From Escherichia phage vB_EcoS_AVIO78A, in sequence record MZ726797.1: 57,811 bases of DNA. One strand, 5' to 3'. The notes beneath the pieces were generated by a model, which had not been told where the DNA came from, ran no database searches, and saw only the letters and a program-made list of their open reading frames with translations. Positions 47,669 through 56,702 of this stretch are shown piece by piece; the first letter of the stretch is position 1; the number at the start of each line of letters is the position of its first letter. The position numbers and the translations under genes were made by a program.

Positions 47669-47838
47669 ATACTGAACGCATCGAACGTCTGCAAAAACTG
47701 ATTGATAACCACGGTATTGAAGCTGTTGCCAAACGTCTGAACGTTACTGAAATTCATGTTAAACGTAATCTGCTTACCGGGCGATCTGCTATCAACCTGG
47801 TCAAACTGATGGCTGCTGAACGTCAGTTCGGAGCGTAA
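47665..47838 (+). CDS. small helix-turn-helix protein (57 aa)
   Basis: ATGA overlap with previous stop; ends 4 nt before primase start; AVAKRLNVTEIHVKRNL. Confidence 0.5.
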   Translation: MNTERIERLQKLIDNHGIEAVAKRLNVTEIHVKRNLLTGRSAINLVKLMAAERQFGA

Positions 47839-47841
47839 ATT

Positions 47842-50196
47842 ATGAAAGGGTTACTGAACCGTAAACAGTGGGTCATGTGGCGACTTGAGACAGTCGCCGA
47901 TCGTCCAAAACCAACGAAAGTACCATACAGCCCGGTACACGGTTATAAAGCCAGTACCACTAACCCTAACGATTGGTCTGACTATCACACCGCGTTGGGT
48001 ATGGCGCAAATGTACGGTATGTCTGGTGTTGGTTTCGTATTCACAGAAAACGACCCTTATTTCTTTATCGATGTTGATAACTGTCTGGTAGATCAGGCAA
48101 CAGCTACGTGGTCACCACTGGCGCATGAATTCGTAAACCGTTTTCCAAATGCTTACACTGAAGTCAGTCAGTCAGGAACAGGTTTGCATATCATCTGTGC
48201 TTATACCAGCATACCGGAAGGTTTTAACAGTCTGAACGACCAGAAAACCGGGCTGGAAATGTACTGGCGTGATCGTTTCGTCGCGATGACGCTCACGGGT
48301 AATGGTGATGTTGATATTGATTATACCCAGGGTATTCATGATTCTATTGCCCGGTATGGTCGTATCCGTTCAGACCGTTCCGCACGCTGGACAACAGCAC
48401 CCTGTGATGACTGGTCAGGTCCGGCAGACGATGATGAACTGATTAAAATGGCGTTAAATTCGTCCAGTGCTGCTTCAGTATTTGGTAATAAAGCGTCATT
48501 TGCAGATCTGTGGAATGCAAACGTTGAACGCCTGTCTGTGTCATATCCCAGCGACCAGGGAAAAGACTACAATGCATCTGCCGCTGATGCTGCCCTGTGC
48601 TCACACCTTGCGTTCTGGACCGGGAAAGATTGCGAACGCATTGAACGGTTGTTTAACCGTTCCGGGCTGGTTCGTGGTAAATGGACAGACCGTCAGGATT
48701 ACCGTGAGAATACGATTCTGGGCGCTGTGGAACGTTGCGATACTGTTTATCGTAGTCAACCGACGCTGACACCAGAACTGATGAAAGCAGTCACACCAGC
48801 GCCTGCCATCGTTCCTAACGGTGGAACACCTGCGTACATGAGTGTGAAACCCGGTGAAGGTGCATATGGTTCAAACCATACGGTTAACGCATCCACGTTC
48901 GTTAATAACTATTATCCGAACAACACATTGATTTTTGTCCAGCAACAGCCGTACCGGTTCAACGGTCGTGTGTGGGAACGTGTCAGTGAAGATGAATTGA
49001 AACATCAGATATCCATGGCAATGCTTGCCAGCGAACCAAAAGCTGACGTGATTAATGGTACGTACAAGGTTTTGTCGTATTTATTCACACGCGCTGATCG
49101 TGAGCTTGGAACATGGCCCGGCGTTGATGTATCACACTATATTGTTTGTCAGAACGGGATACTGGATGTACATACGGGTAAATGTGATGCACATAACCCG
49201 GATTTCTTTACGACCAGTATTTTACCGTATAGCTACGACCCGTTTGCTCGCGCACCAGCGTTTGAACAGTTTTTAAATACAACTCTGGAAGGTGATCAGG
49301 AACGTATTGCACTGTTGCAGGAATGGCTGGGTTATATGCTTGTCAACTCGTATGACTATCAGAAAGCGATGCTGTTGATTGGTGCGCCACGTTCCGGTAA
49401 AGGTACGATCGGTCGTATTATTCAGGCACTGGTAGGTGACGAAGCATATGCAGGGATCACACTGGAGGGTTTAGCAAGTGATGCGGTACTTGAAACTGTG
49501 CTGGATAAATCTGTGCTGTTTATTGGTGATGCTCACAGTGTGTCCGGGCCTGATCGCAACCGAATTCTGGACCGTTTCAAATCTATTACAGGTTGTGATG
49601 CGATTCCGGTTAATCGTAAGTATAAAGGTGCATGGAACGGTCGTTTACCTGGACGTATGACACTGGCTGCTAACAACATCCCGGCATTTGCTGATGATTC
49701 CGGTGCAATGGCTAACCGTTTGCTGATCCTACCGTTCAACATTTCGTTCCTGGGTCGTGAAGATACTACTCTGGAAGCACGACTGATGAAAGAACTACCG
49801 GGGATCTGTAACTGGGCGATTGAAGGTTTGCAACGGTTACGTGCAAACGGACGGTTTACTGAACCAAAAGCAAGTCTGGAAGAACGTCAGGAAATTATGG
49901 ATCAACAATCACCACTTAGAAGTTTTATCAGAGATTGTTGCGAATTGGTATCTGATGGTGAGGTGCACACTGAAGAACTCTATGGTCGTTATCGTCTCTG
50001 GAAAACACAGGAAGGTGGTCCAGCAATGACTAAAACTGCATTTAGTCGGGCGTTTAAATCCACCCTTCGTGGTAAAGTGAAAAAAGACGTCGTTAATATA
50101 AATAACGTTCGACTAAACGGTTTCAGGGGTATTCGTCTTCTCCCTTTTCAGTCAACAGCTAACGTAGTGCCTTTCCCACCTGCGAGTAACGGTTAG
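47842..50196 (+). CDS. primase-helicase (primase/polymerase-like N-domain fused to P4/D5-type helicase)
   Basis: 784 aa; Walker A GAPRSGKGT in C-terminal half; N-terminal FIDVDN acidic motif. Confidence 0.7.
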   Translation: MKGLLNRKQWVMWRLETVADRPKPTKVPYSPVHGYKASTTNPNDWSDYHTALGMAQMYGMSGVGFVFTENDPYFFIDVDNCLVDQATATWSPLAHEFVNRFPNAYTEVSQSGTGLHIICAYTSIPEGFNSLNDQKTGLEMYWRDRFVAMTLTGNGDVDIDYTQGIHDSIARYGRIRSDRSARWTTAPCDDWSGPADDDELIKMALNSSSAASVFGNKASFADLWNANVERLSVSYPSDQGKDYNASAADAALCSHLAFWTGKDCERIERLFNRSGLVRGKWTDRQDYRENTILGAVERCDTVYRSQPTLTPELMKAVTPAPAIVPNGGTPAYMSVKPGEGAYGSNHTVNASTFVNNYYPNNTLIFVQQQPYRFNGRVWERVSEDELKHQISMAMLASEPKADVINGTYKVLSYLFTRADRELGTWPGVDVSHYIVCQNGILDVHTGKCDAHNPDFFTTSILPYSYDPFARAPAFEQFLNTTLEGDQERIALLQEWLGYMLVNSYDYQKAMLLIGAPRSGKGTIGRIIQALVGDEAYAGITLEGLASDAVLETVLDKSVLFIGDAHSVSGPDRNRILDRFKSITGCDAIPVNRKYKGAWNGRLPGRMTLAANNIPAFADDSGAMANRLLILPFNISFLGREDTTLEARLMKELPGICNWAIEGLQRLRANGRFTEPKASLEERQEIMDQQSPLRSFIRDCCELVSDGEVHTEELYGRYRLWKTQEGGPAMTKTAFSRAFKSTLRGKVKKDVVNINNVRLNGFRGIRLLPFQSTANVVPFPPASNG

Positions 50197-50210
50197 TCAT
50201 TGCACAAGGA

Positions 50211-50255
50211 TGTGTAAAATAATTCTTGACGAATTACAGATGTGTACGCTATAGT
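50211..50255 (+). promoter_or_regulatory. conserved promoter, rightward (-35 TTGACG, -10 TATAGT)
   Basis: motif family member; followed by AAGGAG RBS and ATG 50287. Confidence 0.6.
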
Positions 50256-50286
50256 CTGTACATCAAGTGAACAAGGAGTGATTGTT

Positions 50287-50499
50287 ATGAAACCACGCTA
50301 CCGATTAATGAGACTTTCACAGTGTCCTAACGGAACACGGTTTTATTTTTATCGTCTGAAGCAACTATTACCTTTCACGTTAATTGCTAACAGTTTCAAG
50401 AAACACGAAAGTATTTATCACGAGGGTCATGATTTTAATATAACCGCGCGAAAATACAGAACGTCTATTCATAAACTTGTGTGGGCTAAGGTGAACTAA
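50287..50499 (+). CDS. hypothetical protein
   Basis: ORF 50242..50499 trimmed to ATG 50287. Confidence 0.45.
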   Translation: MKPRYRLMRLSQCPNGTRFYFYRLKQLLPFTLIANSFKKHESIYHEGHDFNITARKYRTSIHKLVWAKVN

Positions 50500-50501
50500 T
50501 T

Positions 50502-50741
50502 ATGGGTGGTCGTGGGTCATGTCGTCGAACTCGTTCGTTACGTTGTAGCAAATGTTATGAGCGAAATCTACGTGACTATCTTTTAGGATACGGTGCTCGT
50601 AACTGGGAAAACGTTGAAGTTACTGGTGAAAATGGAAACACTTACACCTGCCGTTGTGAATCCTGTGGTCACACTTATCAAACAACATCAGCGGCTGCAC
50701 GTCGCGAATGGAAGTGGAAGAAAAACCATGTTAATAACTAG
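50502..50741 (+). CDS. zinc-finger protein
   Basis: CSKC...CRCESCGH. Confidence 0.45.
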   Translation: MGGRGSCRRTRSLRCSKCYERNLRDYLLGYGARNWENVEVTGENGNTYTCRCESCGHTYQTTSAAARREWKWKKNHVNN

Positions 50742-50973
50742 TATTTTCATACTTGTATTTTGGATAATCATCGTTATACGTATAATTATTTGTGCTGTCA
50801 TACAAAGAAAAATGATTGATTTTTATTATTCTGATGAAAGTGGTTGGGACACACATCAACAGAGCATTTTTGATGCTTACCCACAATTAGATACTTTCAA
50901 AATGATTTTTAAATTCTGGGTATGGCCTATGTCAAAATTCTATCCTGAATACAGGAAAGGTAAAAAACCATGA
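50728..50973 (+). CDS. small membrane protein
   Basis: ORF 50593..50973 trimmed to ATG 50728; hydrophobic N-terminus. Confidence 0.4.
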   Translation: MLITSIFILVFWIIIVIRIIICAVIQRKMIDFYYSDESGWDTHQQSIFDAYPQLDTFKMIFKFWVWPMSKFYPEYRKGKKP

Positions 50974-51167
50974 AAAACATATTTGACCGTTTAATTACTG
51001 CTATTGTTTTCCTTGTATCCGTAACGCTCGCGTCTTGCATTGTCGGACTAATGACCCGTGGTAATCATGCGGAAACACCGTGGTGGTTTCTGGCAGGTCT
51101 TGGATTATTAGCGGCTGCTGCATCAATTGGCGCTTGCATGTGGGGAGTGAAAAACGATCATGACTGA
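50970..51167 (+). CDS. small membrane protein (2 TM)
   Basis: ORF track. Confidence 0.45.
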   Translation: MKNIFDRLITAIVFLVSVTLASCIVGLMTRGNHAETPWWFLAGLGLLAAAASIGACMWGVKNDHD

Positions 51168-51375
51168 GTTCGGTGCTGTAATCAAAAAAGAAGACCGTTA
51201 TGCACATATTGATACCCGGATTACCTGGGTTGATATCAGTGAAGCTACCCTGTTCAGTTCAACTTACATGGCTGGAGTTGCACTTAAAGCACTTCGCGAT
51301 CAGGGTTTCAATTGTAAAAAAGTAACAATCGCGCCTGTTAAAATCACACGAATTGTCGAGGAGACAGAAGGATGA
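51160..51375 (+). CDS. hypothetical protein
   Basis: ORF track. Confidence 0.4.
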   Translation: MTEFGAVIKKEDRYAHIDTRITWVDISEATLFSSTYMAGVALKALRDQGFNCKKVTIAPVKITRIVEETEG

Positions 51376-51767
51376 TAATAGTCGTCACTGGTGGTCGTGA
51401 CTTCAACGACAGAACAGCAGTGTTTTCCGCGTTAGGACTACTTCACAAACAATTTCCGATTACCGAACTAATCGAAGGTGGTGCGTCAGGTGTTGATAAC
51501 CTGTGTAAGCAGTGGGCGCAATTACACGGTATTCCTGTGCGTAGTTGCCCGGCAGCATGGGACGATCTGACTGTACCGGGTGTGGTTGTAAAACAAGGTA
51601 AGTACGGGCCTTATAACGCTGTTGCAGGTCATCAACGCAATCAGGCAATGTTAGAGGGTGAACCACGGCCTACATACGGTGTTGTGTTCCCCGGTGGGCG
51701 AGGTACTGCTGATATGCACCGTCGCATGTTGAAAGCTGGTTTAACTGTGTGGGTTCCGTATGGTTGA
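51372..51767 (+). CDS. SLOG-superfamily (DUF2493/LOG-like) nucleotide-binding protein
   Basis: MIIVVTGGRDF, GGASGVD, FPGGRGT Rossmann-like motifs. Confidence 0.5.
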   Translation: MIIVVTGGRDFNDRTAVFSALGLLHKQFPITELIEGGASGVDNLCKQWAQLHGIPVRSCPAAWDDLTVPGVVVKQGKYGPYNAVAGHQRNQAMLEGEPRPTYGVVFPGGRGTADMHRRMLKAGLTVWVPYG

Positions 51768-52182
51768 TAGTTTCAGTGGTGAATATCGTTGGTTAAGTAA
51801 TTTTTGGCCTGTACCTGTCAACTATGATGGGTACGTTTTTAAAACGGTGGAACATGCTTATCAAGCGCTGAAATGTAAATATTATAATGACTTTCTGGAG
51901 GTTAAAAACTGTGACACACCCGGTCAGGCTAAACGTCTTGCACGTCAAAAAATCATGCGTGACGACTGGGAACAAATTAAAACTCAGGTGATGTTTTATC
52001 TTCTGCAGCAGAAATTTTCTAACCCTAAAATGTGGGCTTTACTCGTTGCCACAGGTGATCAACCAATCGTTGAAGGTAACGAGTGGGGTGATACATTCTG
52101 GGGTGTTTGCAGTGGTAAAGGTGAAAATCATTTAGGTAAAATGATAATGGCTATTCGCGCCGGATATCAAACTTACCTTTAA
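51760..52182 (+). CDS. NADAR-domain protein (YbiA-like)
   Basis: WLSNFW near N-terminus, EHAYQALK, FWGVC - pattern typical of NADAR/DUF1768. Confidence 0.55.
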   Translation: MVDSFSGEYRWLSNFWPVPVNYDGYVFKTVEHAYQALKCKYYNDFLEVKNCDTPGQAKRLARQKIMRDDWEQIKTQVMFYLLQQKFSNPKMWALLVATGDQPIVEGNEWGDTFWGVCSGKGENHLGKMIMAIRAGYQTYL

Positions 52183-52219
52183 AATAGTTCTTGACAGATT
52201 ACCAACCCTCCCCGATAAT
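52176..52219 (+). promoter_or_regulatory. conserved promoter, rightward (-35 TTGACA, 17 bp, -10 GATAAT)
   Basis: best sigma70 match of the family. Confidence 0.65.
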
Positions 52220-52220
52220 T

Positions 52221-52245
52221 AGCCTCAGTTAACACACATGAGGCT
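52221..52245 (+). promoter_or_regulatory. inverted-repeat element AGCCTCA-N11-TGAGGCT at the predicted transcription start, inverted copy of the 16159 hairpin; candidate operator or 5-prime UTR hairpin
   Basis: direct reading. Confidence 0.45.
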
Positions 52246-52253
52246 AAACACAA

Positions 52254-53021
52254 ATGGCTAACATTAACTCCATTCGCAAGCTGTCTGATACCGATAAAAC
52301 CAACGTAAAACGTGGTAACGCATATCGCATTGATCCGCGTATTATCAAGATTCGTCCAGGACATAACCCACGGGGTGTGTTTACCGACAACTACTGGGAA
52401 ACTGAAGCAGCACTGGCACACATTGAAAACTTTCGTCAGGCTTATACCAATGGCGATTTCGTTCCACCCATCGTGGTACAGGTTGTTGACGGTGTTCCGT
52501 ATGTTCAGGATGGTGAGCATCGTTTACGTGGTGTATTGGCAGCTATTAAAGCCGGGACGCCGATTCTGACAGTAGATGTTGTTGAATCATCTGGTGATGA
52601 ACTACAACAGACCCTGACACTGTTAAAAGGTAATGAAGGTAAACCGTGGTCACCTGTTGAACGTGCTGTTATTTACGGTCGTTTCCGTTCATATGGCATG
52701 AGTGTTGAGCAGATCGCTACACAGGTTGGTAAAACCGTCCAACACGTTTACGAACAACTGAATATTCTTGATATGCCGCTGGAACTTAAACGCCGTATCC
52801 AGAACGGTGAAATCAGCGCATCAGCAGCCATTCGTCAGTTTAAAGCAGGTGATAAAGAACCAGTAGTCACGCGTCGTCCGCCTGCTAAACTGGTACGGTC
52901 TGCAGTGGAAGCAATCCGTGGTGAATGGTCTGTAACCCGTTCGGAAGGTGGTAAAGTCCTGGTTGAACTTACCGCTGAACAGTTTGAAGCGTTAAAAGCA
53001 CTGAAGGAGCACCAGTTATGA
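52254..53021 (+). CDS. ParB-like nuclease-domain protein
   Basis: DGEHRLRG motif typical of ParB/Srx N-terminal domain. Confidence 0.55.
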   Translation: MANINSIRKLSDTDKTNVKRGNAYRIDPRIIKIRPGHNPRGVFTDNYWETEAALAHIENFRQAYTNGDFVPPIVVQVVDGVPYVQDGEHRLRGVLAAIKAGTPILTVDVVESSGDELQQTLTLLKGNEGKPWSPVERAVIYGRFRSYGMSVEQIATQVGKTVQHVYEQLNILDMPLELKRRIQNGEISASAAIRQFKAGDKEPVVTRRPPAKLVRSAVEAIRGEWSVTRSEGGKVLVELTAEQFEALKALKEHQL

Positions 53022-53209
53022 AAAACCGCAAGGCAAAGATTCTGTTAGTTCGTAGAAACGCTCCCGGCGTCTGGCAGTGGGTGAGACTCAGCAACAGACG
53101 GATGGGGTTGATGAAACATTACGGGATGATGGATTGTGGTTTTTGCAAAAAGCCCAGCGCGGCGCAAAACCGCTGGAAAAACCACTGTCGCATTAATAAG
53201 GAAAACTGA
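53018..53209 (+). CDS. small basic protein
   Basis: ORF track; ATGA overlap. Confidence 0.4.
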   Translation: MKNRKAKILLVRRNAPGVWQWVRLSNRRMGLMKHYGMMDCGFCKKPSAAQNRWKNHCRINKEN

Positions 53210-53210
53210 T

Positions 53211-53474
53211 ATGGCAACTTTGACAAAAAAAGAACGGGCATGGTTGAACGAATTACAGGACGTTCTTGATCGCTGCCCATCACCGAAAAAAATTGGTTTT
53301 TACACCATTGGCGATAAAAGCATTTACCTGTATGACCTGCGCCGCATGGATGAAATCATGGAGGCTCTTGATAATCGTTCGTCAATGGATTGGTGTGTTG
53401 CTGTTCATGATATGAATGCCGGATTTGATGAAAAGATTTTATTCCCCTCATCAGTTGAAAGTACAGCAGGATAA
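53211..53474 (+). CDS. hypothetical protein
   Basis: ORF 53136..53474 trimmed to ATG 53211 with AAGGA RBS. Confidence 0.45.
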   Translation: MATLTKKERAWLNELQDVLDRCPSPKKIGFYTIGDKSIYLYDLRRMDEIMEALDNRSSMDWCVAVHDMNAGFDEKILFPSSVESTAG

Positions 53475-53484
53475 GGACTAACAC

Positions 53485-53898
53485 ATGACCACTATTACCA
53501 AAGAGCGACTGCTGACAATCAGGCAGTGGCGCGAAACATACGGACCTGGTAGCAACGTTGTACTGCCAGCAGAAGAAGCGGAAGAACTGGCACGAATTGC
53601 TCTGGCATCGCTGGAAGCAGAGCCGATAGGTTTCCGTTGCAGGCGCAATGATAACCTTGGTGATTGGAGTTACGTATATCATCGAGAGCCAGATGATTTT
53701 GAGCGCAAACATTTAGTGATAGAGGGCATTTACGCCGCCCCTCCAGCACCGGTAGTGCCTGAAGAAGCAACTCCGGAAAACGTAGAAATGCTCTCTGGCT
53801 ATGTTTCAACGTACAAATTAACCGATAGCGAGCGCGATATTGCTGCCGAAATATGGAACGCCTGCCGCGCCGCCATGATTCAGGGAAAAGGAGAGTGA
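53485..53898 (+). CDS. hypothetical protein
   Basis: ORF track. Confidence 0.5.
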   Translation: MTTITKERLLTIRQWRETYGPGSNVVLPAEEAEELARIALASLEAEPIGFRCRRNDNLGDWSYVYHREPDDFERKHLVIEGIYAAPPAPVVPEEATPENVEMLSGYVSTYKLTDSERDIAAEIWNACRAAMIQGKGE

Positions 53899-53928
53899 TA
53901 TGACCACTATAACCGGGAGTAAAAAGAA

Positions 53929-54192
53929 ATGACTAAAATATACGTTACAAAATATGCGTTAACAACTGGTGTTTTCAGTGTAGATGCTAAAATAAAATCA
54001 GATGGTACAAGTGCAACTTTCGACGACAAAAGAAACATGCCACAGTTTGTTTATGGTAGAGATTTTTGGTTGACACCGGAAGAGGCTTTTATTGATTGCG
54101 AGCGTCGTCGAATAAACAAATTAAAATCTCTGGAGAAACAGAAACAACAAATCGAAAGTTTAAACTTTCAACTTATTAAGGAACGTTTATGA
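53929..54192 (+). CDS. hypothetical protein
   Basis: ORF track. Confidence 0.45.
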   Translation: MTKIYVTKYALTTGVFSVDAKIKSDGTSATFDDKRNMPQFVYGRDFWLTPEEAFIDCERRRINKLKSLEKQKQQIESLNFQLIKERL

Positions 54193-54413
54193 CTATCCGA
54201 CTGATGAATCCAACCGTTGCCCGTGATATTAAACCGGGTGACAAGATTGAAGTATTTAACGAGTGGTACTGGGTACGTTATATCAATTACCACGGGTCAC
54301 AGATTACGCTTCGTTTACAGCCGGAAGAGGAACCGCTATCACCATTTTGCGAAAACGACCGCGTTGTGGTGACAGTGCCAGAAGATCTAATGATTGATGT
54401 CGAGGTGCGTTAA
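54189..54413 (+). CDS. hypothetical protein
   Basis: ORF track. Confidence 0.45.
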   Translation: MTIRLMNPTVARDIKPGDKIEVFNEWYWVRYINYHGSQITLRLQPEEEPLSPFCENDRVVVTVPEDLMIDVEVR

Positions 54414-54665
54414 ATGACTGTATATGAAATGGAAGGTTTTCTTCGTGGTAAATGTGTTCCGGGCGACCTGAAAGTTAACGAAACAAACGCTGAATATCTG
54501 GTACGTAAGTTAACACTTGTGGATCAACAACTGGAAGCACTGGATAAACTAGCAGGTCAATTTCTACAATTATCAATGGAACGTGGCGGTCGTGTTTCAA
54601 CCGCGTATGCTGAGTGTGCTGATTTGTTGGCTAGAACTGTTCGCGACATAAGGAAAAACACATGA
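54414..54665 (+). CDS. hypothetical protein
   Basis: ORF track. Confidence 0.45.
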   Translation: MTVYEMEGFLRGKCVPGDLKVNETNAEYLVRKLTLVDQQLEALDKLAGQFLQLSMERGGRVSTAYAECADLLARTVRDIRKNT

Positions 54666-54868
54666 ATACTAACGATTATTTATATCTTGTATTAGTTCCA
54701 ATTGCTGAGGTATTCAGATCACGTTTTCCGAAGGGTTCTGCGCCTTTTAGTGCTATTCGTAACAATAAAACCTGTCGCGTTAAATTTACAAGCAAACGGC
54801 TTGAAAAAGAATGGCAGGAATTTTGTAAAAATAACGAATTGAAAAATGATCCAAAACTGGAATACTAA
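54662..54868 (+). CDS. hypothetical protein
   Basis: ORF track. Confidence 0.45.
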   Translation: MNTNDYLYLVLVPIAEVFRSRFPKGSAPFSAIRNNKTCRVKFTSKRLEKEWQEFCKNNELKNDPKLEY

Positions 54869-55112
54869 CAGGTTCCCTCGTAACGGTTTGAAGTGGTCCG
54901 CACGAGATTTGGCGTTATTAAAAATTAATGCAGGAAAGATCAGTGCGGACGAAATAGCGTATTACCTTCGCCGGGACGTTGAAGCGGTGCACATTAAAGC
55001 GTCACGTCTCGGTATATCACTGGTAACCAATAAATGTAAACGTGGTCATGCGCGAGTTTACCAAAAAGGTAGATGGCGCTGTCCTGAGTGTAGAAAATTA
55101 AAAGGGTATTGA
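54846..55112 (+). CDS. putative DNA-binding protein (HTH-like segment plus C-terminal zinc ribbon)
   Basis: ISADEIAYYLRRDVEAVHIKASRLG; CxxC...CPEC. Confidence 0.4.
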   Translation: MIQNWNTNRFPRNGLKWSARDLALLKINAGKISADEIAYYLRRDVEAVHIKASRLGISLVTNKCKRGHARVYQKGRWRCPECRKLKGY

Positions 55113-55408
55113 AGATGAGCACTAAAGAAATTGTTAAAGCACTTGAAACTGGTGACTGGTCTAATGTGTCTGTTGGTAACAAAGCGATCATTCAGGCGGC
55201 TATTAATGAATTAAAATCATTAAGTGAAAGTCGTTTATCACTAGCTCAAAACGCACTGGAAATGTGCAATGAAGTCTTTTGTGCTGGTTATCATGAGTCA
55301 ATGATATATAAAGGAATGATGGAAAGTACAGGTAATCGTAATAAATTCCCACACCCCATAAAAACTGTTATTGAAACTGCTATACAGGTGATCGCTGATG
55401 AAAATTAA
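55109..55408 (+). CDS. hypothetical protein
   Basis: ORF track. Confidence 0.45.
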   Translation: MKMSTKEIVKALETGDWSNVSVGNKAIIQAAINELKSLSESRLSLAQNALEMCNEVFCAGYHESMIYKGMMESTGNRNKFPHPIKTVIETAIQVIADEN

Positions 55409-55631
55409 AAACATGGCTGCAAGTGGTCTGTCAGGCCGTATCTTTTACGGTACGATGGAAACAAAAGACGGTGGTCAGTCTGGTAAATGGTTAGCAGGAA
55501 AGCAAGACGTTACTGATATGGCGATCCGTGCAGTTGCTGAACATTGTCATCTGACAGGAAACGAATATTCATTTACGCTTAACGACGGTCGTGTGATTAC
55601 ACTGGCAGTAACAGAGGTACAACCATCATGA
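55398..55631 (+). CDS. hypothetical protein
   Basis: ORF track. Confidence 0.45.
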   Translation: MKIKNMAASGLSGRIFYGTMETKDGGQSGKWLAGKQDVTDMAIRAVAEHCHLTGNEYSFTLNDGRVITLAVTEVQPS

Positions 55632-56197
55632 CACCTGAACAATTCGCAACAGCAGCACACGGTGATCAACTTCGTAAGTACACCAACGACCCATATGTGA
55701 ACCACTGCCGGAACGTTGCTGAACTGGTTAAACGCTATGGTGGTACGCCGGATATGGTTACCGCTGCCTGGCTACATGACGTCGTTGAAGATACGCCCGT
55801 GACTGTGGGTGATGTGTGTTCGCAATTCGGTGAAACTGTGGCACGTTATGTTGATCAGCTTACTGATGTGAGTCGTCCACACCACGGCAACCGCGTTAAA
55901 CGTAAAGCACGGGATATCGACCATTTATCACTGGTTGAACCTGTGGTGAAAACTATAAAACTGTGTGATCTACTGGATAACACATCTTCAATTGTCCGAC
56001 ACGATCCGAAGTTTGCTGTAACATACCTGGCTGAAAAACAACTCATGCTTGCTCACCTGTCAGACGCAAGCAACCAGGAGCTATACGCGCTTGTTGAGCG
56101 TGAATTGTTCAAAGCCAAATACAAACTAACGAATGTCCAGTTGACCGCGTTTGACAAACACTACGACGCACTGGTTAAAGCGATGGGGGAGTTGTGA
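55628..56197 (+). CDS. HD-domain phosphohydrolase (RelA/SpoT-type hydrolase fold; possible (p)ppGpp or signalling-nucleotide hydrolase)
   Basis: HGDQLRKYTNDPYVNHCRNVA...AAWLHDVVEDT matches the HD motif pattern. Confidence 0.6.
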   Translation: MTPEQFATAAHGDQLRKYTNDPYVNHCRNVAELVKRYGGTPDMVTAAWLHDVVEDTPVTVGDVCSQFGETVARYVDQLTDVSRPHHGNRVKRKARDIDHLSLVEPVVKTIKLCDLLDNTSSIVRHDPKFAVTYLAEKQLMLAHLSDASNQELYALVERELFKAKYKLTNVQLTAFDKHYDALVKAMGEL

Positions 56198-56409
56198 TTA
56201 TGAATAAAGCGTCGCCTGTAGAAATACGCAAGTGTCTTGAAATGGCAAACAGTCTTGCACACGCAGGGATTAGATTTGTCCCTGTACCGGTAACCAGTGA
56301 TGATGAATTTAATTCGCTGGTTTCTCATTCTTACGGGATACTGGACAAAATAGCAGACGATTGTGACACCACCAACCGCCAGTTCGAAAGCCTGGCTAAT
56401 CATGAATAA
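56194..56409 (+). CDS. hypothetical protein
   Basis: ORF track. Confidence 0.45.
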   Translation: MIMNKASPVEIRKCLEMANSLAHAGIRFVPVPVTSDDEFNSLVSHSYGILDKIADDCDTTNRQFESLANHE

Positions 56410-56472
56410 CTACCTGTTCATACTATTCATCAGTGCGCTCTATGTGGCGCACGTTTTCTATGAGGTGTACCG

Positions 56473-56667
56473 ATGAAGAATCATGATGCAACGAAACTCG
56501 ATCAAGCGTTTTTGATTAACAAATTCTATGAGCGTTATCCGCTTTCTGAATTTAAAAATGATTCCGAAAGAGCAGACGCACTAGGTTATTTCATGGCAGG
56601 TGCTGAATTACAACGATTGGGTCATTTTATCGAATACAATGACAAGGATGATAGCGACGAATACTAA
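56473..56667 (+). CDS. hypothetical acidic protein
   Basis: ORF track. Confidence 0.45.
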   Translation: MKNHDATKLDQAFLINKFYERYPLSEFKNDSERADALGYFMAGAELQRLGHFIEYNDKDDSDEY

Positions 56668-56668
56668 C

Positions 56669-56702
56669 AAAAAAAGCGGGGTAATTATCCCCGCTATCTT
56701 TA
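56669..56702. terminator. bidirectional terminator between convergent genes
   Basis: AGCGGGGTAATTATCCCCGCT hairpin flanked by A-run and T-rich tract. Confidence 0.6.
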
